A stretch of 43,656 nt of DNA from Candidatus Woesearchaeota archaeon (GCA_016784105.1 JADHVG010000002.1:1-43656); one strand, 5' to 3'; shown: positions 24,279-33,201, counted from the stretch's first letter. Made by a program: numbers and translations. The notes: generated by a model not told the origin, from the sequence alone.

Positions 24279-25680
24279 TCCCCCTTATCTCCATGATATC
24301 TATGTTCTTCTTAGGACTTATGTCCGATACTATAACAACTCTGTCTCCCTTCGAGACAAATTTATTCTTTTTAAGTGTTTTTATGGCATTCTCAACCATG
24401 ATTTTGAATCTCTCATCGAAGCTAATTTTGAAAGGGAAAGTGTTCCAGTACAATATCATCTTTTTTCTTACTTGATTGCTGTCCGTAAAAGCGAATATGT
24501 CCACATTGGGTCTGTTCTTTGTTACCAAACTAAGAAGTTTCCCTGTTTTTGAAAACACAATTATTGCTTTAGCATCAAGATTTTCTGCGTTGGCACACGC
24601 TCCCAAACAGATGGCTTCCTTAACATTCTTGGTCTTGCTTTCTTTGTACTCAAACCTTAACCTTGTCTGCACACTCTTTGCTATGCTGTGCATGGTTTTT
24701 ACGCATTGGAAAGGATACTTTCCCTTGGTAGTCTCCCCTGACAACATTATGCAGTCTGCTTTCTCGAAGATAGCATTCGCAACATCCGTTACTTCTGCCC
24801 TTGTTGGTCTGGGGTTATAGATCATAGACTCTAAAAGATGTGTTGCTATGATTACTGGCTTCCCAGCTGCTATACATTTCCGGACTATCATCCTTTGGAT
24901 CAAAGGTATCTTCTCGAATCCTACCTCGACTCCCATGTCTCCTCTTGCAACCATGATACTATCCGCTTCATCAATAATGCTGTCAATGTTATCTATCCCT
25001 TCTTTATCCTCAATTTTTGCTATGATAATCGCTTTTAATCTTATGCTCTTAAGGAATTTTTTCATTTCCAGTACATCTTTTTTATTCCTCACAAATGATT
25101 GGGCTATGTACTCTATTCCAAGCCTCGCACCTAACTTAATATCTTCTTTGTCTTTTTTTGATAATGCAGGAAGATCTAACTTTATTCCTGGGATATTGAC
25201 ACTTTTTCTGCTTCCTAATTTTCCTTTATTGAGAACTTTACATTTGATGTGGTGCATATCCACCTTAAGGACTTCCAAAGCTATCATCCCATCATCTATC
25301 AAAATTATGTCCTTCTTTTTTATCTTGCTTGTCAGATTTTTATGATCAACAAAAGTGTGTTTTTCTCCTTCATCAATGTCGCACGCACTGTTCACCGCTA
25401 TCTTGAATAGGTCTCCTTCCTCCAGCCCAAACTCGGTGTTACTTGTCCTTATTTCCGGGCCTTGTGTATCCAACATCATACTTATCGGAAACAAGCCTTT
25501 TCTGCTTACTTTTTTTACTCTTTTTACTATCTTAGAATTCCACTCACTATCACCATGAGACATATTTATTCTGGCTATGTTCATGCCACTATCTGCCAGT
25601 TTTTGGATGTTCTCCAAGGTCTCAGTCTTAGGACCCAAAGTACAAATTATTTTAGCTCTTCTCATACTAATAAGCAACAA
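24271..25680 (-). CDS. pyk: Pyruvate kinase
   Basis: Motifs RRAKIICTLGP, MNIARINMSHG, DTQGPEIR, IAKIE, MVARGDMGVE and SGETT.GKYP. The ATG at 25665 (MRRAKI) is the likely true start. It overlaps the malic enzyme gene by 8 nt. Confidence 0.9.
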   Translation of the reverse strand: MLLISMRRAKIICTLGPKTETLENIQKLADSGMNIARINMSHGDSEWNSKIVKRVKKVSRKGLFPISMMLDTQGPEIRTSNTEFGLEEGDLFKIAVNSACDIDEGEKHTFVDHKNLTSKIKKKDIILIDDGMIALEVLKVDMHHIKCKVLNKGKLGSRKSVNIPGIKLDLPALSKKDKEDIKLGARLGIEYIAQSFVRNKKDVLEMKKFLKSIRLKAIIIAKIEDKEGIDNIDSIIDEADSIMVARGDMGVEVGFEKIPLIQRMIVRKCIAAGKPVIIATHLLESMIYNPRPTRAEVTDVANAIFEKADCIMLSGETTKGKYPFQCVKTMHSIAKSVQTRLRFEYKESKTKNVKEAICLGACANAENLDAKAIIVFSKTGKLLSLVTKNRPNVDIFAFTDSNQVRKKMILYWNTFPFKISFDERFKIMVENAIKTLKKNKFVSKGDRVVIVSDISPKKNIDIMEIRGID

Positions 25681-25736
25681 AAAGTCTTTTTTAAAGGTTT
25701 GTAGTAAAAAAATAAGGCAAAAGAAATTAGCTACAA

Positions 25737-26984
25737 CTACTTTAGAACTCCTCTAAGCCGTTCAGCGTACAGTACTTTGTTTACTGCTTGGATGTACAGT
25801 GCTTGTCGCATGCTGCACTTAAAGTTCTTGCATGTTCTTCCCATCTCTTTTGTTGCAGTTACCATTTGTGTCTCTAATTTGTCAAGAACTTCCTTCCTAC
25901 CCCAATAATAATTAGAAGTGTTTTGCACCCATTCAAAGTAACTAACAACAACCCCTCCCGCATTTGCAAGTATGTCAGGGATTATCTCTACTTTTTTCTT
26001 TCCAAGAATATCATCTGCTTCTGGAGTAACTGGATGGTTTGCAAGTTCCAAAATTAATTTAGCTTTGACATTTTTTGCATTATTTTTGGTTATGACATCT
26101 CCTAACGCGGCAGGAATCAACACATCACACTTCAGTTCCAATATTTTTTGGTTGGTTATCTTTTTAACTCCCTTCAACTTATCAAACCCTTTTTTGCTTT
26201 TCTTGTAATCCATCAAATTGCGGACATCAAGACCTTTTAAATCATAAATTCCTGTTTTTGAATCACTTACCGCTATTATTTTGTAACCATGATCACTCAA
26301 AATTTTTGCTATGTTCAATCCAACATTACCAAAGCCTTGAATTGCAACCGTGGTCTGTTCAGGTTTCATTTTTCTATCTTTCATGATTTCCCTTAAGGTA
26401 AAGTAGCCACCCATCGAAGTAGAAATTTCTCTTATTGCACTTCCTCCTAGCTCTACTGGTTTCCCAGTTATCATTCCTGGTTGATGTTTTCCTGTTAACC
26501 GTTCATATTCATCCAACATCCAGGCCATTACCTGAGGATTAGTATTTACATCAGGAGCAGGAATATCTGTCTCAGGACCAAGAAACTTGTACGCAGTACT
26601 GATGTACCTCCTGCTTAATCTTTCTAGTTCTCCCGCAGAAAGTTTTTTTGGATCTACTATGATACCCCCTTTAGCCCCTCCAAAAGGAAGGTTTGTAACT
26701 GCACACTTCAATGTCATCAGAAACGCAAGAGTTTTCACTTCTTCCGGATCCACTTTAGGATGGAATCTTATGCCTCCTTTGGTTGGACCTCTAGCAGAAT
26801 TAAATTGAACCCTATAACCGGTAAAGATTTTTGTCTTCCCATCATCCATGATTACAGGAAAGCTAAAGGTAAATGATCTACTGGGAATAGTAAGCACATC
26901 TATTTCCGTTTGATTTAGGTTAAGAAGCGAAGCTACTTTATCCAACATACTGTTACAACTGGTGCATACGTTCTTTTCAGCCAT
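25737..26984 (-). CDS. gdhA: Glutamate dehydrogenase
   Basis: Motifs GPTKGGIRFHP, LPFGGAKGGI, PDVNT and the Rossmann VAIQGFGNVG. Confidence 0.9.
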   Translation of the reverse strand: MAEKNVCTSCNSMLDKVASLLNLNQTEIDVLTIPSRSFTFSFPVIMDDGKTKIFTGYRVQFNSARGPTKGGIRFHPKVDPEEVKTLAFLMTLKCAVTNLPFGGAKGGIIVDPKKLSAGELERLSRRYISTAYKFLGPETDIPAPDVNTNPQVMAWMLDEYERLTGKHQPGMITGKPVELGGSAIREISTSMGGYFTLREIMKDRKMKPEQTTVAIQGFGNVGLNIAKILSDHGYKIIAVSDSKTGIYDLKGLDVRNLMDYKKSKKGFDKLKGVKKITNQKILELKCDVLIPAALGDVITKNNAKNVKAKLILELANHPVTPEADDILGKKKVEIIPDILANAGGVVVSYFEWVQNTSNYYWGRKEVLDKLETQMVTATKEMGRTCKNFKCSMRQALYIQAVNKVLYAERLRGVLK

Positions 26985-26991
26985 GCTATAC

Positions 26992-27231
26992 CTAAGCAGA
27001 TAGTGCTTTTTCTATTGCTTCTTTGTCAAACCCAATGATTATCTGGTTGTTTATTTCAGTAACTGGAACTCCCATCTGGCCTGATTTCTCTACCATTTCG
27101 TTAGCGGCTTTTGGGTCCGCTCCCACATCCACATCTTCGTACTTTACTCCTTTTTCCGTTAAGAATTCTTTTACTTTTACACACCACGGACACGTTTTTG
27201 TGCTATATACTTTTACCGTCATTATTATCAC
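26992..27231 (-). CDS. Glutaredoxin-like small thiol-disulfide oxidoreductase
   Basis: VKVYSTKTCPWCVKVKEFL carries a CPWC active site, followed by GVPV...GFD. Its stop lies 7 nt upstream of the gdh start. Confidence 0.8.
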   Translation of the reverse strand: MIIMTVKVYSTKTCPWCVKVKEFLTEKGVKYEDVDVGADPKAANEMVEKSGQMGVPVTEINNQIIIGFDKEAIEKALSA

Positions 27232-27253
27232 CTTCCACCTTCAATTGGATTTA

Positions 27254-27263
27254 TTTTTATAAA
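27254..27263 (-). promoter_or_regulatory. TATA-box candidate (TTTATAAAAA on the minus strand) for the glutaredoxin-gdh unit
   Basis: The plus strand reads tttttataaa at 27254-27263, centred about 28 nt upstream of the start at 27231. Confidence 0.45.
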
Positions 27264-27362
27264 CTTTTTGTTTAAGTGTTCTAAAAAAAACACGAATTCC
27301 TTTTAAAATTAATTAAATTTAAAACAGTAATATTTAAAAAACTCCTGCCAGTATCTTATTTT

Positions 27363-28190
27363 ATGAAAGAACTTCTTTTTGGTACCGCTGGAATTCCTAT
27401 CTCCAGTGAAGGTCCTACAGCTCAGGGAATAGCTGATGTCAAAAAACTGGGTTTGGGTGCAATGGAATTGGAGTTTGTTCATTCTGTGAACGTTTCTGAA
27501 GAAAAAGCTCCTTTGGTGAAGGAAGCTGCGATCAAAAACAAGATAGTTTTGACGTGTCACGGTTCTTATTACATTAATCTTAACTCTCTTGAAAAAGAAA
27601 AAGTAGGAGCAAGTAAAAAAAGAATCTTAGATGCAGCCAACAGATTAAATCTTTGTGGAGGTTGGTCCTGCTGTTTTCATCCAGGATTCTACATGAAAAC
27701 TACCAAAGAAGAAGCATTTGATCGTGTAAAAAAATCAATTAAAGAATTATCTAAAACTTTGATTAAAGAAAAAAATGATGTTTGGCTTAGGATGGAAACT
27801 ACCGGTAAAGGAACCCAGTTTGGCAGCTTAAATGAAATATTAAGAATTAGCTCAGAGTTAGATAACGTGATGCCGTGCATTGACTTTGCACACATGCATG
27901 CCCGTACTAATGGAAAATACAACTCTTATGATGAATTTTCTTCGATTTTGCAGGATGTAGAAAAATTTCTTGGAAAAAAAGGTTTACAAAACATGCACAT
28001 CCACCTTACTGGAATAAATTACGGTGAGAAAGGAGAAAAACATCATCTTACACTTGATGATTCCGATCTAAAGTACAAGGAATTACTTAAGGCATTTAAA
28101 GATTTTAATGTCAAAGGAGTTGTTATTTCTGAAAGTCCTAACATTGAGAAAGATTCCTTGATGACCAAAAAATTCTATGAAAAGTTATGA
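27363..28190 (+). CDS. Endonuclease IV family (AP endonuclease 2 / xylose-isomerase-like TIM barrel)
   Basis: Metal-ligand blocks CHGSYYINLNS, RMETTGKG, DFAHMHA, MHIHLTG and ISESP match the Nfo pattern. Confidence 0.75.
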   Translation: MKELLFGTAGIPISSEGPTAQGIADVKKLGLGAMELEFVHSVNVSEEKAPLVKEAAIKNKIVLTCHGSYYINLNSLEKEKVGASKKRILDAANRLNLCGGWSCCFHPGFYMKTTKEEAFDRVKKSIKELSKTLIKEKNDVWLRMETTGKGTQFGSLNEILRISSELDNVMPCIDFAHMHARTNGKYNSYDEFSSILQDVEKFLGKKGLQNMHIHLTGINYGEKGEKHHLTLDDSDLKYKELLKAFKDFNVKGVVISESPNIEKDSLMTKKFYEKL

Positions 28191-28195
28191 TTTTG

Positions 28196-29704
28196 TTAAG
28201 CATACAATTCTGTTTCTGGATAAAAACTTACCCAGCTAAACCAAAAATGCCCAAAAGTATCAACAACTTCCAACTTAGAACTCATTTCATTAACATCCCA
28301 TTCCCCCTTTTTATTATCTAAAATCTTATCATTTTCTATTCTAAATTCTAATGCCTCTCCTTCAAATGTTCTTTCAAATATTTTTACAGTATTCAATACA
28401 TCATCCCATAAAACAACTATTGGAACATCTCCTATAACATCATTGATTAATTCGTCACGCTGCACATCACTTTCTTCATAAGCTTTAGATTTTCCATTAA
28501 ACTCAACTCCAAAAACTATCTTTTTAGCATGTAATCTGTCATCAGAACTTTCAACTGGAAAATATAATCTTTCAGAATTTTCATAACCTTCATAAGGATT
28601 TCTGGAATAATCTCTGATAAATCCTGTTTCTTTTCTCAGTACTTGAGTATCTGGATGCGCTTTTCTCCAATCTTTCCATCTTACTGTGTCTAAAGGAACT
28701 TTTTCCAGAACTTGACCGGTAGCAGATCCGATTATAGCTTTTCCAGGTGTTTGTGACCAATAGCTGTCCGTCAAACGATCATACATAACTAATTCAGAAT
28801 TGTATAATTTTCCGGATGTTCCAAACTCAACTTCCTGACCATTTACAATCGGTTTAAATGCGATTCCAGTCCTGCATAGAGGACAATAAGTTATCAGTAT
28901 TCTTTCTCCGTTTATCTTGTCATTGACAATTTCGTGCCAGTTCAAAATCTTGTGAGGGTATGCTTTTGCAACCCCATCATAGAATAGTCCCAAAACCAAG
29001 TCATCATCATCTACTTGAGTGTCAGCTTCGTGAGCAGGTATGAACTTAGGAACATCTAAGCTTGGAATTCCATCTTTTGGGGGTCCTCCTGATAGTATTT
29101 TAGAAGGATGAATTATATATTTTGTTCCATCTTCCAAAACTTTTATTTTATCTTTTTCTGATGATTCTTTGAGCTTTCCAAATTTTTCTTCTATTTCTTT
29201 CTCTGTTAGAGGCCCAAACTTTTTATCAGTAATTCTTCCATTTTTGTCAATAAAGTATGTTACTGGTTGTGTAAAAACATTATACATCTCTTTGACATCT
29301 GAACTTGGATCTAAAAGCAAAGTAAAAGTAACGGGAATTTCTTCCAGAAAAAAATCTATCTTTTCTTTGTCTTCTTGTAAGTTGATCCCTAAAACCTCAA
29401 TATCTTTATTTTCTTGGAATATTTTTTCAAATTCTGGAAACTCTTCCCTACAAGGAGGACACCAGGAAGCCCAGAAATTGATTATGACTAATTTACCACG
29501 AAGATTACTTAATTGTACTTCCCCCCCATTAATATCACTAAGAATGAAATCTGGTGCTAGATTTCCAATTTCTAATCCAGTATCCTTACTATCTTGAAGC
29601 TCTTCCATTACAATTTCTTTATCAGAAAAAGGATCTTGAATTATGAAGATTGCTATAACAACTAAAGAGATTATTGCTCCTAAAACATATTTGTTGTTTT
29701 TCAT
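28196..29704 (-). CDS. Membrane-anchored TlpA-like thioredoxin fused to a DUF3179 domain
   Basis: The N-terminal anchor is VLGAIISLVVIAIFII. The thioredoxin-fold motif is INFWASWCPPCREEFP. The DUF3179 blocks are KDGIPSLDVPKF, KAYPHKILNWHEIVND, ITYCPLCRTG, SGKLYNSELVMYDRLTDSYWSQ and WKDWRKAHPDTQVL. Confidence 0.8.
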   Translation of the reverse strand: MKNNKYVLGAIISLVVIAIFIIQDPFSDKEIVMEELQDSKDTGLEIGNLAPDFILSDINGGEVQLSNLRGKLVIINFWASWCPPCREEFPEFEKIFQENKDIEVLGINLQEDKEKIDFFLEEIPVTFTLLLDPSSDVKEMYNVFTQPVTYFIDKNGRITDKKFGPLTEKEIEEKFGKLKESSEKDKIKVLEDGTKYIIHPSKILSGGPPKDGIPSLDVPKFIPAHEADTQVDDDDLVLGLFYDGVAKAYPHKILNWHEIVNDKINGERILITYCPLCRTGIAFKPIVNGQEVEFGTSGKLYNSELVMYDRLTDSYWSQTPGKAIIGSATGQVLEKVPLDTVRWKDWRKAHPDTQVLRKETGFIRDYSRNPYEGYENSERLYFPVESSDDRLHAKKIVFGVEFNGKSKAYEESDVQRDELINDVIGDVPIVVLWDDVLNTVKIFERTFEGEALEFRIENDKILDNKKGEWDVNEMSSKLEVVDTFGHFWFSWVSFYPETELYA

Positions 29705-29758
29705 ATAAATTAATTAAGAACTGGTTTTAATAAATACTTTGTTTAATATCTAAAAGGT

Positions 29759-30931
29759 TTATCCAAAAGTGAAAGTATTCATCTTGAAACCTTTTCCATC
29801 AATTATCAGTTCTAAGAGTCCAGGACCGTACTCATAATCTACGACATTGTATAGCTTGCCATCTTGCACTTTAAGAATTCCTGTTCCATTTATTATCTCA
29901 ACATCGTTTCCTTTCTTGGGTTCATCTAAATCTCTAGTATCTTGATATATCTCTATAATACTTCCTAATTCTGAACTTGCGACTATGTTGACAACTTTAG
30001 AGTTATATCCTAGGATGATCCTCCCCGTGTCACTGACAAGCTCTGCATCATCCTGATTTATTTTCCACGTGCCACCTAAATAAGCCTGGTTATTTTTTGC
30101 TATTGAAGGTAATTTGTATGTAACTGTTTTGTTAGGCGGAAGTCCTTCTGCATTTCCGAAATTCCCTCTAGCAAACTTATAACCAAAATATATTTCTGGA
30201 GTTCCAACCTTTTCACGTTCAATATCAACAACGTCTCCCACTTCTTCATCATTTTCCTTGAGTTCTGTCCCGTATCTTTCCATGCGTTCTTCTAATAATG
30301 CCTTGATAACTTCTTCTGTTTCATCATACTTTCCTTCTCCAATGTGATCATATCTAATAAAACCGTCAATATCTATCAAGAACTTGTGCGGCCAAAATCT
30401 ATTGTTGTAAGCACGCCAAGTAGCATAGTTATTGTCTTGCACGATCGGATATTCCAACTGATATTTCTCAGCAGCATCAAGAACATTTCTATATTCTTTC
30501 TCAAATTCAAATTCAGGAGTATGCACTCCAATTATAACAAGCCCATCATCCGCATATTTGTCATGCCAGTTTTTCAAGTAAGGTAAGGTGCGTATACAAT
30601 TAATGCACGTATAAGTCCAAAAATCAACTAAGACTACTTTTCCCCTTAAGCTTCCAACTGTCAAGCTTTTTGGAGCGTTTATGTAACCAGAAATTCCAGT
30701 TAATTCAGGAGCAAACTTAAAAAGATCATTTTTTTGTTCGACTATTTTTTCATCTTTGATATAACCTTCTTTATTTAGAACTATTTCCTGAAACTGTTCA
30801 TTTTCCTGTTCTTCAACAACTACTTCCTGAGCTGGATTTTCATCTATCTTGACTTTCCCGGATTCAAAATAGTAGATAGAGAGACCTATTATCAATACCA
30901 CTACCCCCAAAGCAATATTTTTATTTTTCAT
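29759..30931 (-). CDS. Membrane-anchored DipZ C-terminal-like thioredoxin-fold protein with C-terminal beta-rich domain
   Basis: Motifs VVLVDFWTYTCINCIRTLPYL, VIIGVHTPEFEFEK and FWPHKFLIDIDG, plus a C-terminal domain of about 150 aa. There is a 1-nt gap to the upstream ccdA-like gene. Confidence 0.75.
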   Translation of the reverse strand: MKNKNIALGVVVLIIGLSIYYFESGKVKIDENPAQEVVVEEQENEQFQEIVLNKEGYIKDEKIVEQKNDLFKFAPELTGISGYINAPKSLTVGSLRGKVVLVDFWTYTCINCIRTLPYLKNWHDKYADDGLVIIGVHTPEFEFEKEYRNVLDAAEKYQLEYPIVQDNNYATWRAYNNRFWPHKFLIDIDGFIRYDHIGEGKYDETEEVIKALLEERMERYGTELKENDEEVGDVVDIEREKVGTPEIYFGYKFARGNFGNAEGLPPNKTVTYKLPSIAKNNQAYLGGTWKINQDDAELVSDTGRIILGYNSKVVNIVASSELGSIIEIYQDTRDLDEPKKGNDVEIINGTGILKVQDGKLYNVVDYEYGPGLLELIIDGKGFKMNTFTFG

Positions 30932-30932
30932 T

Positions 30933-31682
30933 TTAATCTTTTTTAACTACTGTTGTCGCTAGATACGATAAGAATGCTGGTATTAGCGGCAATACACACG
31001 GACTTAAGAAAGACACTATTCCGGCTAGGAAAGAGACTCCAAATCCAAAACTGTTTCCGAATGATGCACCTGTGCTGCTGTCAAAGCTTATAAGCAAGTT
31101 GCTCAGAAATGGAAAACTTGCTATTCTGCTCAGTTGGTTTGTAAAAACAAATATTCCCAATATTATCAGGATAACTCCAAAAACATAATTGATATATTTT
31201 AATTTGTTTCCTGATTTAGTTATCCATGAAGCTGCTTGGTTCGTAAACAATCCAACAATCAAAAAAGGTATTCCTAATCCTAATGAGTAAGAGAGCATTA
31301 ACGGAAACGCTGATGCTGGGTTAGAAACTGCTAAAGTTAATATTGCTCCTAGGATAGCTCCAACACAGGGCGTCCATCCCACCGCAAATGCGCTTCCAAA
31401 AACAAATGATGTTGCATAAGAATACTTAAATTTTCTTTTGACTTTTAATTTATGTTCCTGTTCTAAGAAAGGTATCTTGACCAATCCAAGTAAAAATATC
31501 CCAAAAAAGATTATTATGGTTCCTCCTAAGTATCCTAACCAGGTTTGCACGGTAAAAGATACGCTTGAAAGCACACTTTGTAATAAAACTCCTACCAAGG
31601 AAAATATCAGACTAAACCCTAACACAAAAAATACTGAATTTATGAAAATACTCCATTGTTTTGTTTCTGCCATCTCATTCAC
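30933..31682 (-). CDS. ccdA: CcdA/DsbD-family membrane thiol-disulfide transporter, apparently circularly permuted
   Basis: It has six TM segments. The GWTPCVGAILG motif (canonical TM4) lies near residue 106. The FLAGIVSFLSPCVLPLIPAFLSYL motif (canonical TM1) forms the last helix, near residue 229. Confidence 0.8.
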   Translation of the reverse strand: MNEMAETKQWSIFINSVFFVLGFSLIFSLVGVLLQSVLSSVSFTVQTWLGYLGGTIIIFFGIFLLGLVKIPFLEQEHKLKVKRKFKYSYATSFVFGSAFAVGWTPCVGAILGAILTLAVSNPASAFPLMLSYSLGLGIPFLIVGLFTNQAASWITKSGNKLKYINYVFGVILIILGIFVFTNQLSRIASFPFLSNLLISFDSSTGASFGNSFGFGVSFLAGIVSFLSPCVLPLIPAFLSYLATTVVKKD

Positions 31683-32478
31683 CTTTTTTTATTTCTTCTA
31701 AAACTCTTGTCTTGTCAAACACTTCAAGACTTTTCAACATTACTTCTCCTGAGCTCCCTATCAAAACTTTTGTGTGCTGGTAGGTTATGCCATATTTTTT
31801 GGCCATTTCCTTATCGTCTTTGGTTTCCTCATTGTCATTATAATGCACTTCATACCCCACAACATTTTCATTATTTAGTTCGTTAAAAGCAGCAAGTATC
31901 TCTGGTTTTTCCTTCTTGCAATTAGGACACCAGTTTGCATAAAAATCGAGAAATATTATCTTTCCTTCCTTTAGGCTTTGATCGTAATGAACTTTACTGA
32001 ATCGGTAGTAGTTTGAAGCCAACTCTTTTGGAGATTCCATCATTGCCCCTTCAGAATTTATCGAAAACTTTTTCACAACAACAACATCATTAACCTTGAC
32101 AGGCCCATCTGCTCCAGGGAACTCATAAACTCCATCTCCATTATCATAGTGAAGCATCGCTATTAGTTCTTTTTCATCTTCATAACCTGCAACTTCTACT
32201 TCCAAATTCTGAACTTTTCCCAAGAAAAGAGCAGAATTTCCTACTACCGAACCCGGTTTGCCATCAACTACTTTGTGCATGACAACATAACCTGCCTTAT
32301 CTATCTGCACGCTTTCCAAAGTAACTTTGCTACCTAACACTTTTTGGTCCGAAACACCAATGGATATTGCCTTACTTTCCTCTTTAACAACAACCTGCTC
32401 CTGAGAACATGCTGCAATTAAAAACAAAGAAACTATCCCTATTATCAAAAAATATTTTTTTTTCATTTTTTTATCCAT
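31675..32478 (-). CDS. Lipoprotein with central beta-rich domain and C-terminal thioredoxin fold
   Basis: Lipobox LIAAC. The central segment GYVVMHKVVDGKPGSVVGNS...AMLHYDNGDGVYEFPG resembles an archaeal surface-protein domain as I recall it. The C-terminal segment FLDFYANWCPNCKKEKP carries a WCPNC site. Confidence 0.7.
   Translation of the reverse strand: MDKKMKKKYFLIIGIVSLFLIAACSQEQVVVKEESKAISIGVSDQKVLGSKVTLESVQIDKAGYVVMHKVVDGKPGSVVGNSALFLGKVQNLEVEVAGYEDEKELIAMLHYDNGDGVYEFPGADGPVKVNDVVVVKKFSINSEGAMMESPKELASNYYRFSKVHYDQSLKEGKIIFLDFYANWCPNCKKEKPEILAAFNELNNENVVGYEVHYNDNEETKDDKEMAKKYGITYQHTKVLIGSSGEVMLKSLEVFDKTRVLEEIKKGE
32403..32466 (-). repeat. Signal-peptide-coding cassette, copy 1 (near-identical to 41998-42058)
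   Basis: gagaacatgctgcaattaaaaacaaagaaa is identical in both copies. There are then 2 mismatches in 6 nt, followed by ctattatcaaaaaatatttttt, which is again identical. Copy 1 has one extra Lys codon. Confidence 0.85.
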
Positions 32479-32512
32479 TCATTTAATATTGTTTGTTTTA
32501 ATTCTTAAACCT

Positions 32513-32797
32513 TTATTCCCAGGTTATTACCAATAATATTGAGAAAGCTATTGCTTGCAATAACGTTTGTATGAACACATGCATTGCAACATCTGCAACA
32601 TAATAATCCATCATTGTAAAGAAAAAATAGAATGATACTAAGTTCTGTAATAAAAATAATGATGCGAATATCAATAATCCCAGAGTAAATGGTGATCTTA
32701 TCTTTCTGAGATTTTTCGAGTATATACCTATTAATAGCATCAGCAACACAACACACACTGCTGTTAACACCATTGTTAAGGTCATTACCGATTCCAT
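32513..32797 (-). CDS. Small 3-TM membrane protein
   Basis: 94 aa, with segments LTMVLTAVCVVLLMLLIGI, LGLLIFASLFLLQNLVSFYFFF and FIQTLLQAIAFSILLVI. It lies 27 nt downstream of the ArsR-like gene. I prefer it to the overlapping frame 32505-32756. Confidence 0.55.
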   Translation of the reverse strand: MESVMTLTMVLTAVCVVLLMLLIGIYSKNLRKIRSPFTLGLLIFASLFLLQNLVSFYFFFTMMDYYVADVAMHVFIQTLLQAIAFSILLVITWE

Positions 32798-32824
32798 TTT
32801 ATTTCTTGAAATTTACTTATTTAA

Positions 32825-33109
32825 TTACTTTTTCCCAAATCTTTCCCAAATCTGTTCAAAAACTTCCATATTTTCTTCCATGATCTTAGTTAGGAAGTAC
32901 ATTGCGCCGTACTTGCCTTTATTTATTGCTTCTAAGATGTTGTTCTTTTCCAGTATCTTCAGATGATGTCTTATTGTTTTATAATCCAACTTTAGATTTT
33001 CTGACAATTTATTTGCATTAGAAGGAGTTTTTTTTAGTAAGTTGATGATTCTTCCTCTTGTTTCTCCTCCTTTAGTTCCAGCTATAAGGTACCACAACAA
33101 GTTCTTCAT
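32825..33109 (-). CDS. ArsR-family winged-helix transcriptional regulator
   Basis: GGETRGRIINLLKKTPSNANKLSENLKLDYKTIRHHLKILEKNNIL. Confidence 0.75.
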   Translation of the reverse strand: MKNLLWYLIAGTKGGETRGRIINLLKKTPSNANKLSENLKLDYKTIRHHLKILEKNNILEAINKGKYGAMYFLTKIMEENMEVFEQIWERFGKK

Positions 33110-33201
33110 AACATCTCCCTAGATTCCTCATTTTTATATATTTCTATAATAAAATCATATTAAATCAAAAATTTAATGATTAAACATAAACCTTTAAAAG
33201 T

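Noticed and set aside
32505-32756. An 83-aa Cys-rich ORF in an alternative frame to the 3-TM membrane protein
   Set aside because: It is nested in 32513-32797, which gives three clean hydrophobic helices and a sensible position behind the ArsR-like gene. The alternative frame looks like a by-product of the AT-rich sequence.
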